The position numbers were made by a program, and so were the translations under genes. The notes beneath the pieces were generated by a model, which was not told the DNA's origin, searched no databases, and saw nothing but the letters and a program-made list of their open reading frames with translations. From Protoeuglena noctilucae (lineage: Eukaryota), in contig OY253679.1 in assembly GCA_958009085.1 (NCBI GenBank), forward strand, positions 372,001 to 436,000: a stretch of DNA of 64,000 nucleotides. Reading direction: 5' to 3'. How positions within the stretch are numbered: the first letter of the stretch is position 1; the number at the start of each line of letters is the position of its first letter. Of the stretch, positions 37,502 through 49,500 are shown piece by piece.

Positions 37502-40386
37502 ATGGCCGCATCCATGCCGGGACGCCGCTGGTAGTGCGGCGGGGAGGCGTTGCGATGTGCAGACGTGGCCCCAGCGCCGGCGCGACGTGCAGCATATACA
37601 GTGGCATCACATTCGCGCCGTGTTGACATCGCAGGACCTCGGTCCGTGACCCAGCCGCGCGTCGCGAGGCTGCCCCGGGTGGTCGCCATGGCCAAGCCCG
37701 TCCCCGGCACTTTCGATATCGGCGCCGCGCCGATGCTGATCCCCGAGGGGCCCTGGAAGGTCATGGAGGGCAACTGCGCGTCTGTGAAGGGATTCAGGCG
37801 AGAGAGGTCGCCGCGATCCCGGCATCGGGTCAGGTTTCGTGCCCGCGACCCGCAGCGCGACAGAAGGGGCGCCTCCGCTCTCCGCAGGGCCGCCGGGATG
37901 AGCGCGGGCCTTCGCAAGCGCGGGGACAAGGCCGACTTAGCCCTGGTGCGTGTCCTGGTTCGATGGGTTGAATGCCTTGTGCGGGCCAGTGTGCTTTGAT
38001 GTCGGACGGGCGTCATGACTTTGCCTGTTTAGGACCATCCCTCGGCCGCGCCGCCCCCGCAGATCGTGGCGGATAAGCCCGCGGTAGCTGCGGGCGTCTT
38101 CACGACGAACGTGATGTGCGCCGCTCCCGTCACGTACTGCAAGCGTGTGCTGGACCGTCAGACCCACGCAGTCGCGGTACTGACGAACGCCGGGCAGGCG
38201 AACGCGGCGACGGGCGACCAGGGCGCGGCGGACGCGGAGCGGACGGCGCAGGAGCTGGCCAAGCTGCTGGGCGTGAAGAGCGATGACGTCCTGCTCATGT
38301 CCACCGGCGTCATCGGGCAGCGTATTAAGGTGAACACACCCAGGGGTGAACGCCGGGGGGCTTGTGCGCACACAGCGTCATCGGGCAGCGCATCAAGGTG
38401 AACGCACCCAGGGAGCCCCTGGTAGCGTAGACGCACATGGCAATCGAAAGGTGGTCTTGAGACCAACTCGAGGGTGCACGGGAGTGTGGCTGTCCCACTC
38501 GCCTGGTGTACCCTGGAGTAGGTTTGAGGACCATCCCTCGATCGCTCTGTGCGCGTCCCTGCCATGTCCCTGCTGTGTGGGCGTGGGTTGGCCACATGCG
38601 TGGCCCGCCGTGTGTAGTTGAGTGTGTTGGTGTGTCACTCTCAGGTCGACAAGCTTGTGGAGGGGCTGCCTACGCTGGTGGGGGCGCTGGGGCCGGACCG
38701 GGAGGACGGGCACCGGGCGGCAGGTGGGGCCATGGACTGACGATCTGTGACATGATAATGGTGGTGTTATCGTAATGATGTTACCATTGCAAGATGACAG
38801 TGGTGGGTAGTGTTGCCATGGCACGAAAGCACACCATGCCTTGACATCACGATGTCTTCCACACGTCGTTGCCCCTCTCTTCCCCCGCAGTGGCCATCAC
38901 CACCACTGACCTGGTGTCCAAGTCATGCGCACTCGAGACGCAGATCGGGGGCAAGACCGTCACAATCGGCGGCATGTGCAAGGTGCGGGGCAGGGGCGAG
39001 CGGTGACACAAAGCTGGGCAGGTGCACGACTCATTGCTGAGAGGTTTTCCATGCTCGCTCTGCTGCTCATTCCGCCGCTCATCTCCCACGACAGCATCGA
39101 CAATGGCGGCCGCGCCAGTGATGGTCGGCGCATGCTTCATTGCCTATTGCCGCGCTGCTCCCGCAGGGTTCCGGCATGATCCACCCCAACATGGCGACGA
39201 TGCTGGGGGTGCTGACGTGCGATGCGGCCGTGTCCCCCGACGCCTGGCGCGGCATGCTGCGTCGCTCCATCCGCGACACCTTCAACCAGATCTCCCTCGA
39301 CGGGGACACCTCCACCAACGACACCGTCATCGCCCTCGCGTCGGGCGCGGCTGGAAATGCGACCATCACCGACGCCGACTCGGAGGTGAGGGGGTGTGGA
39401 GTGTGGACATTAGGGTGACAGACAGGGAGGTGAGGGGCATTGATAACCCTGTTCAATGGACTTAAAGGCCACAGATAGGGAGGTGAGGGTCAATTTATGT
39501 GGACATGATGGGTCCAGACACGGAAGTGAGGGAGCGTGGAGTGTGGACACGAGGGTCACTGACACATCGGGTCCCCCTCTCCCCCCTCCCAGGACGGCAA
39601 GCGCCTGGAGGCGGCGGTGAAGGCGGTGCTGACGGGCATGTGCAAGGCCATCGCCTGGGACGGCGAGGGCGCCACGGCGCTCGTGGAGGTGACCGTCATG
39701 GGCGCGGCCACCGACGACGACGCCCGCACCGTTGCGCGATCCATCTGCTGCTCCAACCTGACCAAGGCGGCCATCTTCGGCCACGACCCCAACTGGGGCC
39801 GCATCGCGTGCGCGGCCGGGTACTCGGGCGTGACGTTCGACCCCGCATCGCTGCGCGTGGTGTTGGGCGACATGGTGCTCATGGATAAGGGGCAGCCGCT
39901 CGCCTTCGACGCCAAGGTCGCCTCGCAGGTGCGTGCGGGGAGAGCAGTTACGGCAGATGGGTGATTTATGCGAGGTGTAAGTGTAGACGGGGTGCGGCGT
40001 GGAATGTCGATGATTGTCGAGGGCCTGTTGGACAGCTTGTTGCCGCGGTTACATCTGCTGTACCTGGGCTATGGCTACCGCCTGCAGTCCACTTGCCCCT
40101 GCTGTACCATACCATGACCATCATCAACATGACCATCGCCAACAGTCCATCGCCCCACTGGGCCCCTGCTGTACCTGCACTACTGTGGCAGGTCACTATA
40201 ACTATGACTGTCGTCAACAGTATCTCTCCTTACTACTACCCCCCGCAGTACCTGAAGGACACCACTTCGGTGCACGGCACGGTGCGCATTGCCGTGAGCG
40301 TGGGCAGCGGCCCGGGCAAGGGGCAGGCGTGGGGGTGCGACCTGTCCTATGAGTACGTCAAGATCAACGCAGAGTACACCACGTGA
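37502..40386 (+). CDS. argJ: Bifunctional ornithine/glutamate N-acetyltransferase ArgJ, plastid precursor
   Basis: [34 protein letters not shown] (autocleavage Thr), [40 protein letters not shown]. Start codon uncertain. Confidence 0.96.
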
Positions 40387-40595
40387 TATATCTAAATTGA
40401 CTTTTGAACTCGAATTGGCGCTGTAGGACGACGCGTGCTTTGAAGGCATGCCGTGCGCCGCACTTCACTGTCGACCGCAAGCTCAAGTGGTAAGCTGTCC
40501 AAAACCCTTAGCACAACCACTATGACGCAGACGCTACTTAACATAATTGACACACTCCTCTCCCTTAATGCTACATCGCCCCACTGTCGCCCTCG

Positions 40596-41246
40596 TCACT
40601 TGCCCAAGTCACCCCCCGCCCCCCCCGCTCCTCTCTTCCTCTTTTTCTTCTTCTTCTCAACCCCTCCTCCCTTCCCATTCGACCTCCCCGTCAATCCCAA
40701 CAACATCGCCCGGCTGAAGCCTCCAGAATGAGGACGCCCCGCCCCCTTCACCCCTTTCACCGCCCCTCCGCCCTTCCCCACCGCCCCCGCCCGCCCCTCA
40801 TCCTCCTCGCCGCTGCTCTCCGCGTCGTTGCCCGCCCGCTCCTCCGCCACCCGCTTCTCCTGCGCGCGCCTAAGCTTGCCCGTGAGGCGAGCCTCCACGC
40901 CGCCCACCTCCGCCACCGCCTTGTGCGGGACGAACTTGGCCCCAAGCCCCAGCCGCGCGGGGCGGGGCTTAAACGTTCCCGGGTCCTCCGCGTCCTGCAA
41001 TTACACGCGAAGACAGTGCGGCATGGATGCGAGAGCGCGGAGAAGCGGGCGCAGGGCGGGAAATACACAAAAACGCATAGGTCATGACGCGCGAGGCGGT
41101 TTTGCGGCTCCAAACGCAGCGCTGTCTCGCATGCGATCAGCTCTCACCCGGTCATCGCCATCGCCCGGCCCGCCGCTCCCCGACAGCCACCCCTGGACCA
41201 GCCGCAGCGCTTCGCCCGAGGCCACGATCTCTTCTCCCTCGTCCAT
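40596..41246 (-). CDS. Small basic DUF3245-like protein (2 exons)
   Basis: MDEGEEIVASGEALRLVQGWL...|DAEDPGTFKPRPARLGLGAKFVPH...EEDEGRAGAV...KKKKKRKR; RPxRLGLGA motif. Confidence 0.7.
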
Positions 41247-41592
41247 CGCCACGAGCAGCCCCTCACTCTTCTACGTAGTCTTGCCAGTCGCAATTGCGAT
41301 GCTCAATCGTGGCAACTGTGCCTTTCAGCGGCCGCTGTGATGTGGAGGCTGGCCTTTCCGCGAGGTATGGCGCAGTTGGAGCGAACTTCTGCCACTGCTC
41401 TTGCTCAGGACAGATAGAAGTACCCGACGCGAGGCGAGTCGGAGACCAAAAGCCGCGAGAAGGGGCAGGGGTGCTGACCGGCGTGACAGAACATGGGCCA
41501 GACTGGACAAAAGGGCACAGCCTTGGCATCCCAGCGACACTCACGCGGTCGATGGCGGGTCGTTGATTGACGCACGACTTGCGCGGGCTTCC

Positions 41593-43430
41593 ATGGCGGG
41601 CAAGAAGGGCCCCCCGACCGGGGGTGCCGAGGAGCAGACGCGGGAGCCGCTGGTGGCAGTACTTTTGGCGGATACGTACAGCCAGGCGAGCGACAGTGTC
41701 CCTGGCAGCAGCGGGCGGAGCCGGCGGGGTCTCTCTGCCGAGGTTGCGGGTTCCCCGGCTGGTTGGAGGAAGGTCCTGACGATGAAGGCCGATTTCCGCC
41801 GGACCGCGTGATTCTATGCTAAGCATTCCGTGTATCATGGACAGGGCTGCCGCAATGCATGGCTCTCGCGCGTTCCTCAGCGCCTTGCTGCCTCTTTGCC
41901 GCCCCAGGCTCTGTGGCCGGTGACCATTGAGCAGCCGCTGGGGCTCCTGAACCTGGCGCACGCGCCGCTCATCGAGTACACGCTGGTGAGGCTGCCATCA
42001 GTGGCTTGCTGAGGAAGCGCGCGCGGGGAGCGCCGGAGCCTCTGCGCTTTGGTTCGTCTGCGCCCCCCCGCCCGCCTGCTTGCTGAGTCCTGGCGGCAGC
42101 CTCGCAGGCGGTCGTGACTGAACATTTTACCGCTCCCAGGAGTGGCTGGCGTCCGTGCCCGTGGACGAGATCGTGGTCCTGACCACGATGCACGCCCAGC
42201 GGATTAAGGAATACATCAAGGCCTCCAAGTGGTCCCGCGTCCTGACTCCACACGTCAAGATTCTTGTGGCGGAGGACTGCGGGAGCGTCGGCGACGCGCT
42301 GCGGACGCTCGAGCAGGCGGACATCATCAAGGTGCGTGTGGGGAGCAGCCACTGAACTCTGCACGCTCTCGTGGCTCGCGTTGGATACATATGTATCTCT
42401 CGCATCCCTGGTGCTGCGCAACATCCGCGTTGGATACATATGTATCTCTCGCATCCCTGGTGCTGCGCAACATCGCCGCCGCTTCTTCCCTCGTGCTGCA
42501 GAGTGACTTCATTCTCACGGCGGCGGACGTGGTGACCAACATGGACCTGGCGCCGGCGCTGGAGGCCCACCGCAGCCGCCGCAAGACGGACAAGTCGTGC
42601 CTCATGACGGTCGTGTGCCGCGGCAAGGTCTCGGCGGAGCAGCGCATCCGCATGGGCATCGAACCGCAGAGGTGAGGCGGGGCAGGGGTGGCGGAGTCGG
42701 GGCACTGCAATATGGTTTTACTTGAGTGCATTTGTGGTCAGGGGAATGGTGGAGGGGATGCCGAATGCCCAGGGGGCTGCTGGGCGCGCATAGCGTGACC
42801 ATAGTGCTGCTCGTCACAGTGGCACCGTCATTCCCTCCTGCAGCGTTCTGCTGGAGGAGCCGACCAAGCGCGTCCTCTACAACGACGTCGGGAACGTCGC
42901 CGCGCTGCGCCCCGTGCCGCTCTCGAGCGCCGCCGTCCGCAACGCCACGCACCGCACCGACCTGGCCGACGTGGACATCTACGTGTGCGCCCCCGAGGCG
43001 AGGACGTGCTAAGCGGCTCAATTCCATCGCGATTGTACCAACTGCGTCCCGCGCGGCTCGATCCGCAGCTCGGAACACCTCAGCTGCGCTCACTGCAGCT
43101 GCGATTGGTATAAGCATAAGCTATAAGCTTATCTCTTTCCGCAGGTTTTGATGGAGTTCGCCTCCAACTTCGACTACCAGAACATCTGCCAGGACTTCAT
43201 CGCGGGCGTGATCGCCGAGGAGGAGCTGGGCCACAAGGTGCACGTGTACGAAACGGCCGACAGCGCCTACTGCGCCACGGTCGGCAACTGGCGCGCCTAC
43301 GACGCCGTGACGCGGGACGTCCTGCAGCGATGGGCCTACCCCTTTTCTCCGGACACCAACTGCCTGGCCGCCAACCCAGCCAGGGGGCCCGCGCTCACCG
43401 AGTACAGGCAAGCAGGGTGTGTGTGAGTGT

Positions 43431-43463
<33 letters not shown>

Positions 43464-46306
43464 GTGGAGAGCGCAGCATGGTGCTTGCTGCGTGTTCGAT
43501 GTTTCATTTACCGCGTTGTTTGATCCATTGGCAGCAGTGGCAGCAACTCGTATCGTCACATCACAAACACTCTTCCCCTTTCCCATCGCCCGCTCCCTCA
43601 CCCACCTCCCCTCCCTGCCACCCCAGGCAGCGCCGCCGCAACCTGTACCAGGAGAGTTCCACGCGCGTGGGCCTGACCACCCAGTGCACCCGCGACTCGT
43701 GCATCGGCCGGGGCAGCGCCATCGGCGACGGCACCACCGTCCACTGCAGCGTGATCGGCCGCGAGTGCAGCATTGGCGAGAACGTGCTGTTGTCGGGTAG
43801 TGTCGTGATGGACGGGGCGGTGGTGGGGGACGGGGCGCGGTTGGAGTGCACGTTGGTGTGTCCGAATGCGGTGGTGCGGGAGGGGGCGGTGTTGGGCCCG
43901 GGGTGCATTGTGGGGTCGGGGGTGGTGATTGGGACGCACCACGCGGTCAAGAAGGGCACGGCCGTGACGCTGTGCCGGCGGGACGAGGGCGCGGGGGGGG
44001 CCAAGGGGGGGGATGAGTGGAGCGAGGAGGGGGGGGCGGGTGAGTGGGTGGGAGTGGGGGGTTGTTGCGAGTGAGAGCGGGGTGCTGCGATAGGAACTGC
44101 CCTGTTACTACGTTGCAGGAACACAGCATGCGATTCGGTTACATGATGTTACCCTGACGTTTGCTCTTTCTACGTGCGGCTGCAGAGTGGATCGAGTGTG
44201 CCCCCACCGACAAGGTCCTCCAGGCGGCACGAGCGGTGGCCAAGGGAGCCATCTTCTCAGGTGCGAGTCTATGCATTAATTCAATGATATTTTCTCTATT
44301 GACTGCGAATATTAACTGTGTGATGGCGACTGCTACAGTGCTGTTACTATACCCCCTCCCCCCCACCCCAGACGTGCTTTGGGACCGTGACGCGGTGGGC
44401 ACTGACGGTGCAGGGTTCTCGTGGCACGTTTCTGGCAGGTACGCCGCCCCCCGGTACGGCCTGCAGCCGCCGACCCCGGCGCTGGCGGTGGCGTGGATGG
44501 GGGGACTGGAGGCGGAATTGGCGGCACTGGAGGTGAGGGGGCAGTGGGGGTGAGGGGTGGTGAGGGGCTGTGGTGGCGTGTGGATGGGGGGACTGGAGGC
44601 GGAATTGGCGGCGTTGGAGTTGAGGGGTTGGGGATTAGAGTGACAAGTGACAGGGGCAGTGGGGGTGGTGTGTGTGTGGATGGGCGTGGTGGTGCGTTGT
44701 CATCCCTGACACTGACATCATAATTCTTTTCTTTCATCTCTCTTCATCTCACCCATCACCACCCCCCCAGGCATCCCGCAAGGGCGCGGGTGCGGAGGCG
44801 GACGACGCGGCGTCGGAGGGGCACGGGGCGGGGGACGACCCCGAGGCGCACTTCAAGCAGGAGGTGGTGGAGACGTTCCTCAGATGCGTGAAGGTGAGGG
44901 GTGATGGAAAGAGAGATGATCAGTCTTGCGATATGCTCCATACCCCCACTTCCACCCTGATCACCACCTGCACTGCCACCCCCACTGCTACCCTCACCGC
45001 CACCGTCACTGCCACCCCCATTGCCACCCCCACTGCCACCCTCAACACCACCCTCACCATCCTCCCAGGAGCGCTTTGAGTTGGCCAACGTGGTGGTGGA
45101 GCTCAACGGCCTGCGACTGTCAGAGAACCGATCGTTCGTCGACTGCGGCTCTTACATCTTCACCACCATTCTGGGTCTCGCACTGCCACCGCCCACCAGC
45201 GTGCGGTGAGCGATGCTGTGGCTATGGGATGACGATGCTGATGATTGGAGACATCGGAGACATTGCTGCAGAAAGTGTAACAAAGGCAACAGAGGCGCAT
45301 TTCTGGCTGCGCCAATGAAGCAATTACGATTCGCTGCAATTACCAATAATGACAAGTACATTATATGTGTATACAAACATGTACAGATATACAACCACTA
45401 CCCCCCCTTTGCAGCCCCTCCTACCACTCCCTGTACCCCACCGAGTTCGCGGACGTCAAGTCCAAGGCCGGCCGCATGCAGCTGCTTGCCAAGGTCATGT
45501 CCTTGATGAAGGAGTGGGGGCCGCTGCTAAAGAAATTCGTCAAATCTGAGGACGATGAGGTGGACATGCTGCTGACGCTGGAGGAGCTGTGCGGGGGGGA
45601 GGGGGTGTTTGAGGGGTCGGGTGAGAGAGCGATGGGGCGGTGGGGGGCAGGGGTGGGGATGTCGATGGGTGCGTAAGGGGGTGACGAGAGGGATTGTGTT
45701 ACTGTTGCTATGAATAGGTGTTTCTATTGTCACCATTGCTGATATTATTATCGACACGCACCATTACCATCTCCCCCCATATCTCCCCCATCCAGGCGAG
45801 CACGGCCGTGTGTTTGCGGAGGTCTTTGAGGGTCTGCTCCAGGTGCTGTACCACGACTCGGTCGACATTCTGACAGAAGAGGGCATACTCAAGTGGACGG
45901 AGGAGAAGGAGCACGCGGACAAGAGCGAGAGGTGAATATGACTATTGGTAGTATATATCGTCGATGGTGACTGTCGATGATAGTTGATGGTGGCTGTGAT
46001 AGTAAGTGTGCATGGCTCAAGTGGGCCGAGGAGAAGGAGCACGCCGACCGGAGCGAGAGGTGTTGTGATGGGGTGATGATGGATGTTATGATTGTACTAA
46101 ATTGATTGTTCATGGTAGTTGGTAGTGAGAGATCATGCTCAGTGCCCAAGTGAGCAGCCCACACTCGACCCACTTGTCATCATATGCCATCGTAACTTGT
46201 CTTTCTCCCCAGGGTGTACCTGGACAAGTGCCGCACCTTCATCGACTTTTTGAGGGCCGATGACGACGATGACGACGATGAGGACGACGACGAGGACAGC
46301 GACTAG
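41593..46306 (+). CDS. EIF2B5: Translation initiation factor eIF2B epsilon subunit, about 15 exons
   Basis: PLVAVLLADTYSQ, APLIEYTLEWL, SVGDALRTL, FASNFDYQ, DVLQRWAYPFSPD, hexapeptide beta-helix (SVIGRECSIGENV), VVVELNGLRLSEN, W2 domain (LYHDSVDILTEEGILKW). Confidence 0.95.
42377..42474. repeat. Exact 49-bp tandem duplication in an intron, containing the palindrome GATACATATGTATC
   Basis: cgcgttggatacatatgtatctctcgcatccctggtgctgcgcaacatc x2. Confidence 0.95.
43417..43462. repeat. (GT)n microsatellite in an intron
   Basis: gtgtgtgtgagtgtgtgtgagtgtgt... seen directly. Confidence 0.95.
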
Positions 46307-46554
46307 GATAATCGTTGGGATGAATGAGGATGGATGGGGTTACTGTGGCAGACGATTGAATCATCGTAAGGGGTGGGAGCCATCTCTGCTATGGGACCAA
46401 GCGTCCCTACTCTTTGTGATAAAAGATGGGTCTTTTGCTTCAAAGCAGCTGCCTGAGACACGACACATTGCCACCGCACCTACCCTAACCCGCATCGACC
46501 CTTCTTCCTTCCTCCCCCTCACGCACCCACACCCACACCCACACCCGCATTCGC

Positions 46555-49500
46555 TCACGCACCCACCCCCGCCTTCCCACCCAATCGCTTCCCCTTCCCC
46601 TTTCCCTGTCCAATTTCCCCCGGCGCCACCCCAACCCCCGCCGCCTTGCCCGCCCCATTCCCCACCCCTCCCGCCCCACCACCCCCACCCTTGCCGCCCC
46701 TCACCCCACCTTTCTTCACCCCACCCCCCTTAGCCACCCCACCCCCCTTCGCCCTGCCAGCCCCGTTCCCCGCCACCCCCGCCCCTCGCTTAGCCTTCAT
46801 TTGACTCTTGATGACCTCAGCCATTCGCCTCAACCTCATCTCTTCCCTAGTCAGTCGCTCCCATGTTGCCATCTGACGTGACAGGGCGAAGTGACGGCCG
46901 AACGCAGCCGAGAGGGCCTGGGGGGGATTGATATGGGGGAACAGGGTGAGGAGCTTTAAGTAAAGGGGATTGAAGCTAAACGGTGGGGTTCGAACCCGGG
47001 ACGCATGCGTCGGGTGGGGGTGGGAGACGGCGCCAGTAGCAATGGCGGGGGAGTTGGCACCGCACAGCACACAATCCACCCACCGCCCCAACCCCCCCCC
47101 CCCCCCACCTCCTCATCCCCCACATCCCCATCCCCCTCCTCCTCCTCTTTGCCCCCCGCCGCCTGGCGCATCCGCCTCCGCCCCTTGCCCCCGCCCCTCG
47201 CCACCCCGCTGTGGGGCGCGGGGCGGAATTCGCCCCTCGCCTCGGCCCCGTGGATTCTGGCAAGGTCCTCCGGCGTCAGAACCGGGTTAAGGTAGGGCAG
47301 GTGGGCGAGGTTGTTGGGGAATGCGCCGGATGCCGCTTGCATGAGGGAGAGGGCGTGCGCCATGCCTTGCACGTGGGGGTGGGGGTGGCGGGAGAGCAGG
47401 GAGAGCTCCCAGAGGTGGCTGCGGGAGTGGTGAGGGGTTGTGAGTGGGGGTGGAAAGGGTGGGGGTGGTGGGATGGTGCTGTGTGGTTCGGGTGGTGGTC
47501 AGCGATGGTGAGTAGCCACCAACAGAAAACCGTCCACCTAACAATCGCCCATCGTCACTCACCTGCGCAGTGCCCCCGCTTCATTCGGGTCCGGGCACGC
47601 GGGGTCGTACCCCCCCATGGCCCTGGCCACGGTGCGGGTGGCGGGGAGGGCAGAGACGGGCGCCCCTTCCCCATCATTCTCCAGCATCAGGCGCACGCGG
47701 CCGTTCTGCTTCTGCGGATTGCGGATAAATGTGGGGGGATATGCGATAAATATGTTATGTTACACATTCAGCTATATCATGCATCAGGCGCACGCGACTG
47801 TTCTGCTTCTGCGGAGGGTGCGTGAATTGGGGGATATATGTGGGCATATGATGTAATATAGCGTGTAATAACATAAGTAATTGTTTAGCTCTGATCTGCA
47901 TAAACAGACGCGGCAGTCGTGCTCCTGCGTCTTGGGAGGGTGACGTAACAACCCTACCATAACAAGCATTGCCATACGTATATATATCCTCACCAGCACT
48001 CCCTTGGCCACCGCCAGGCACCCCATGGCCAGCCCCGGCCGCGCCTGCATCGCCAGCCCCAACGCACGCTTGCAGAAGGCAGCCAGGCGAGGCTGGTCGC
48101 CCAGCCGGGACGAAAGGAGCATGTCCTGGGTGGGAGATATAGGAGATTATTATCATTGGCAATATCAATAACAATAGTAATAATCACGGCATCGTTACGA
48201 TTACTGAGCTTCAATCACTGTCCATCGCTGTCCATCGCTGCACCAGGTGGCACAAGTGACACGTGCATTCAACCACGATGCATTTGAACCACGATGCATT
48301 TGAACCTCATAACCCATGCCACCCCCCTTCCTCGCCTGCATGACGGTGACCAGCCGCGCCTGCTGAGTCAGGGCCTGCGTCAGGGGGGCGTCGGGCGACA
48401 GGGGGACGCCAGAAACGGCGGCGTCGGCGGCGCCGGAGAGGTCCACGTCGCCTGGGGGTGGGGATGGGGGTGAGGAGATGGGCATATGATGAGAGTTGTT
48501 AGTTAAAAAGAATTGTTAGTCATACAATATGGTAAAATACATCAACAACTGTGTATGATGCGATGGTGTGATGACGAAATACCACCAGTTATACCAGTAG
48601 CATACTATTGTTAGTTTATAACCACCACTAATACCATTCAACCCACTCACCCGTCTCGACGGCCTCCCCCGCGGCGTGCATTGGTTGACTCCATGGTAAT
48701 TATAACAGTTACCATGACAAACACTAACTGCATTCATCCAAACCACCTCGTTCCCTCACCCGTCTCGACGGCCTCCCCCACGGCGTGCGACGGCAGCAGG
48801 GGCTCCTTTGCAGCATCGAACATCACGTCGTACAGCACAGCGTAGAACTGGTGTCTGTCCACGCGCAGGGCGTCCATCTGGCGGCGCAGGATCTGCGGGG
48901 AGAGGGGTGGGGGTGGGATGGGTGAGAGGAGTGAGGAGGCATATGTAATGCAATTGTGATCACTGTGCACTTGCAATGGCATTACAATTACAAACAAGAT
49001 TGCTTGGACCAGTACTACTTACATCAATAGTGCCTGCACTATTAGTAGACTATGAAGGCTGATACGAACCCACTCCCCACCCCATTTCACCTGCGCCACG
49101 GCCGCCAGCACCTCCACCCTCGCCGCCCCCACCCAGCACAACCAGGCACATTCCAAACACACAATCAGCCACATTCCAAACAGTATTACCAATGTATATG
49201 GTACTTATTAACAATAACCCCACTCTTCTCGCCTGCGCCACGGCCGCCAGCACCTCCACCCTCGCCCCCACCCCCAGCCCCTGGTTGCCCGCCAGCCTGG
49301 CCAGCGCGGCCGTCAGGTCCTGGAAATACTCCACGCCGATGCGGTGCGCGTGGGTCGCGAGCACCCGCAGCGCGGGCATCAGCAGCGGCTGGGCCAGCTT
49401 GGTCTCAGGTGAGAGGGGACCCATCGGCCCTGCCCCTTGGTCGGTAACCATGGCATCGTCACCGTCGTTCTCGCTGTCGTTATTGTTATCGTTACCATTA

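Noticed and set aside
46985..47000. GGGGTTCGAACCCG B-box/T-arm-like motif in the NOC3 3' region
   Set aside because: No A box, cloverleaf or terminator around it.
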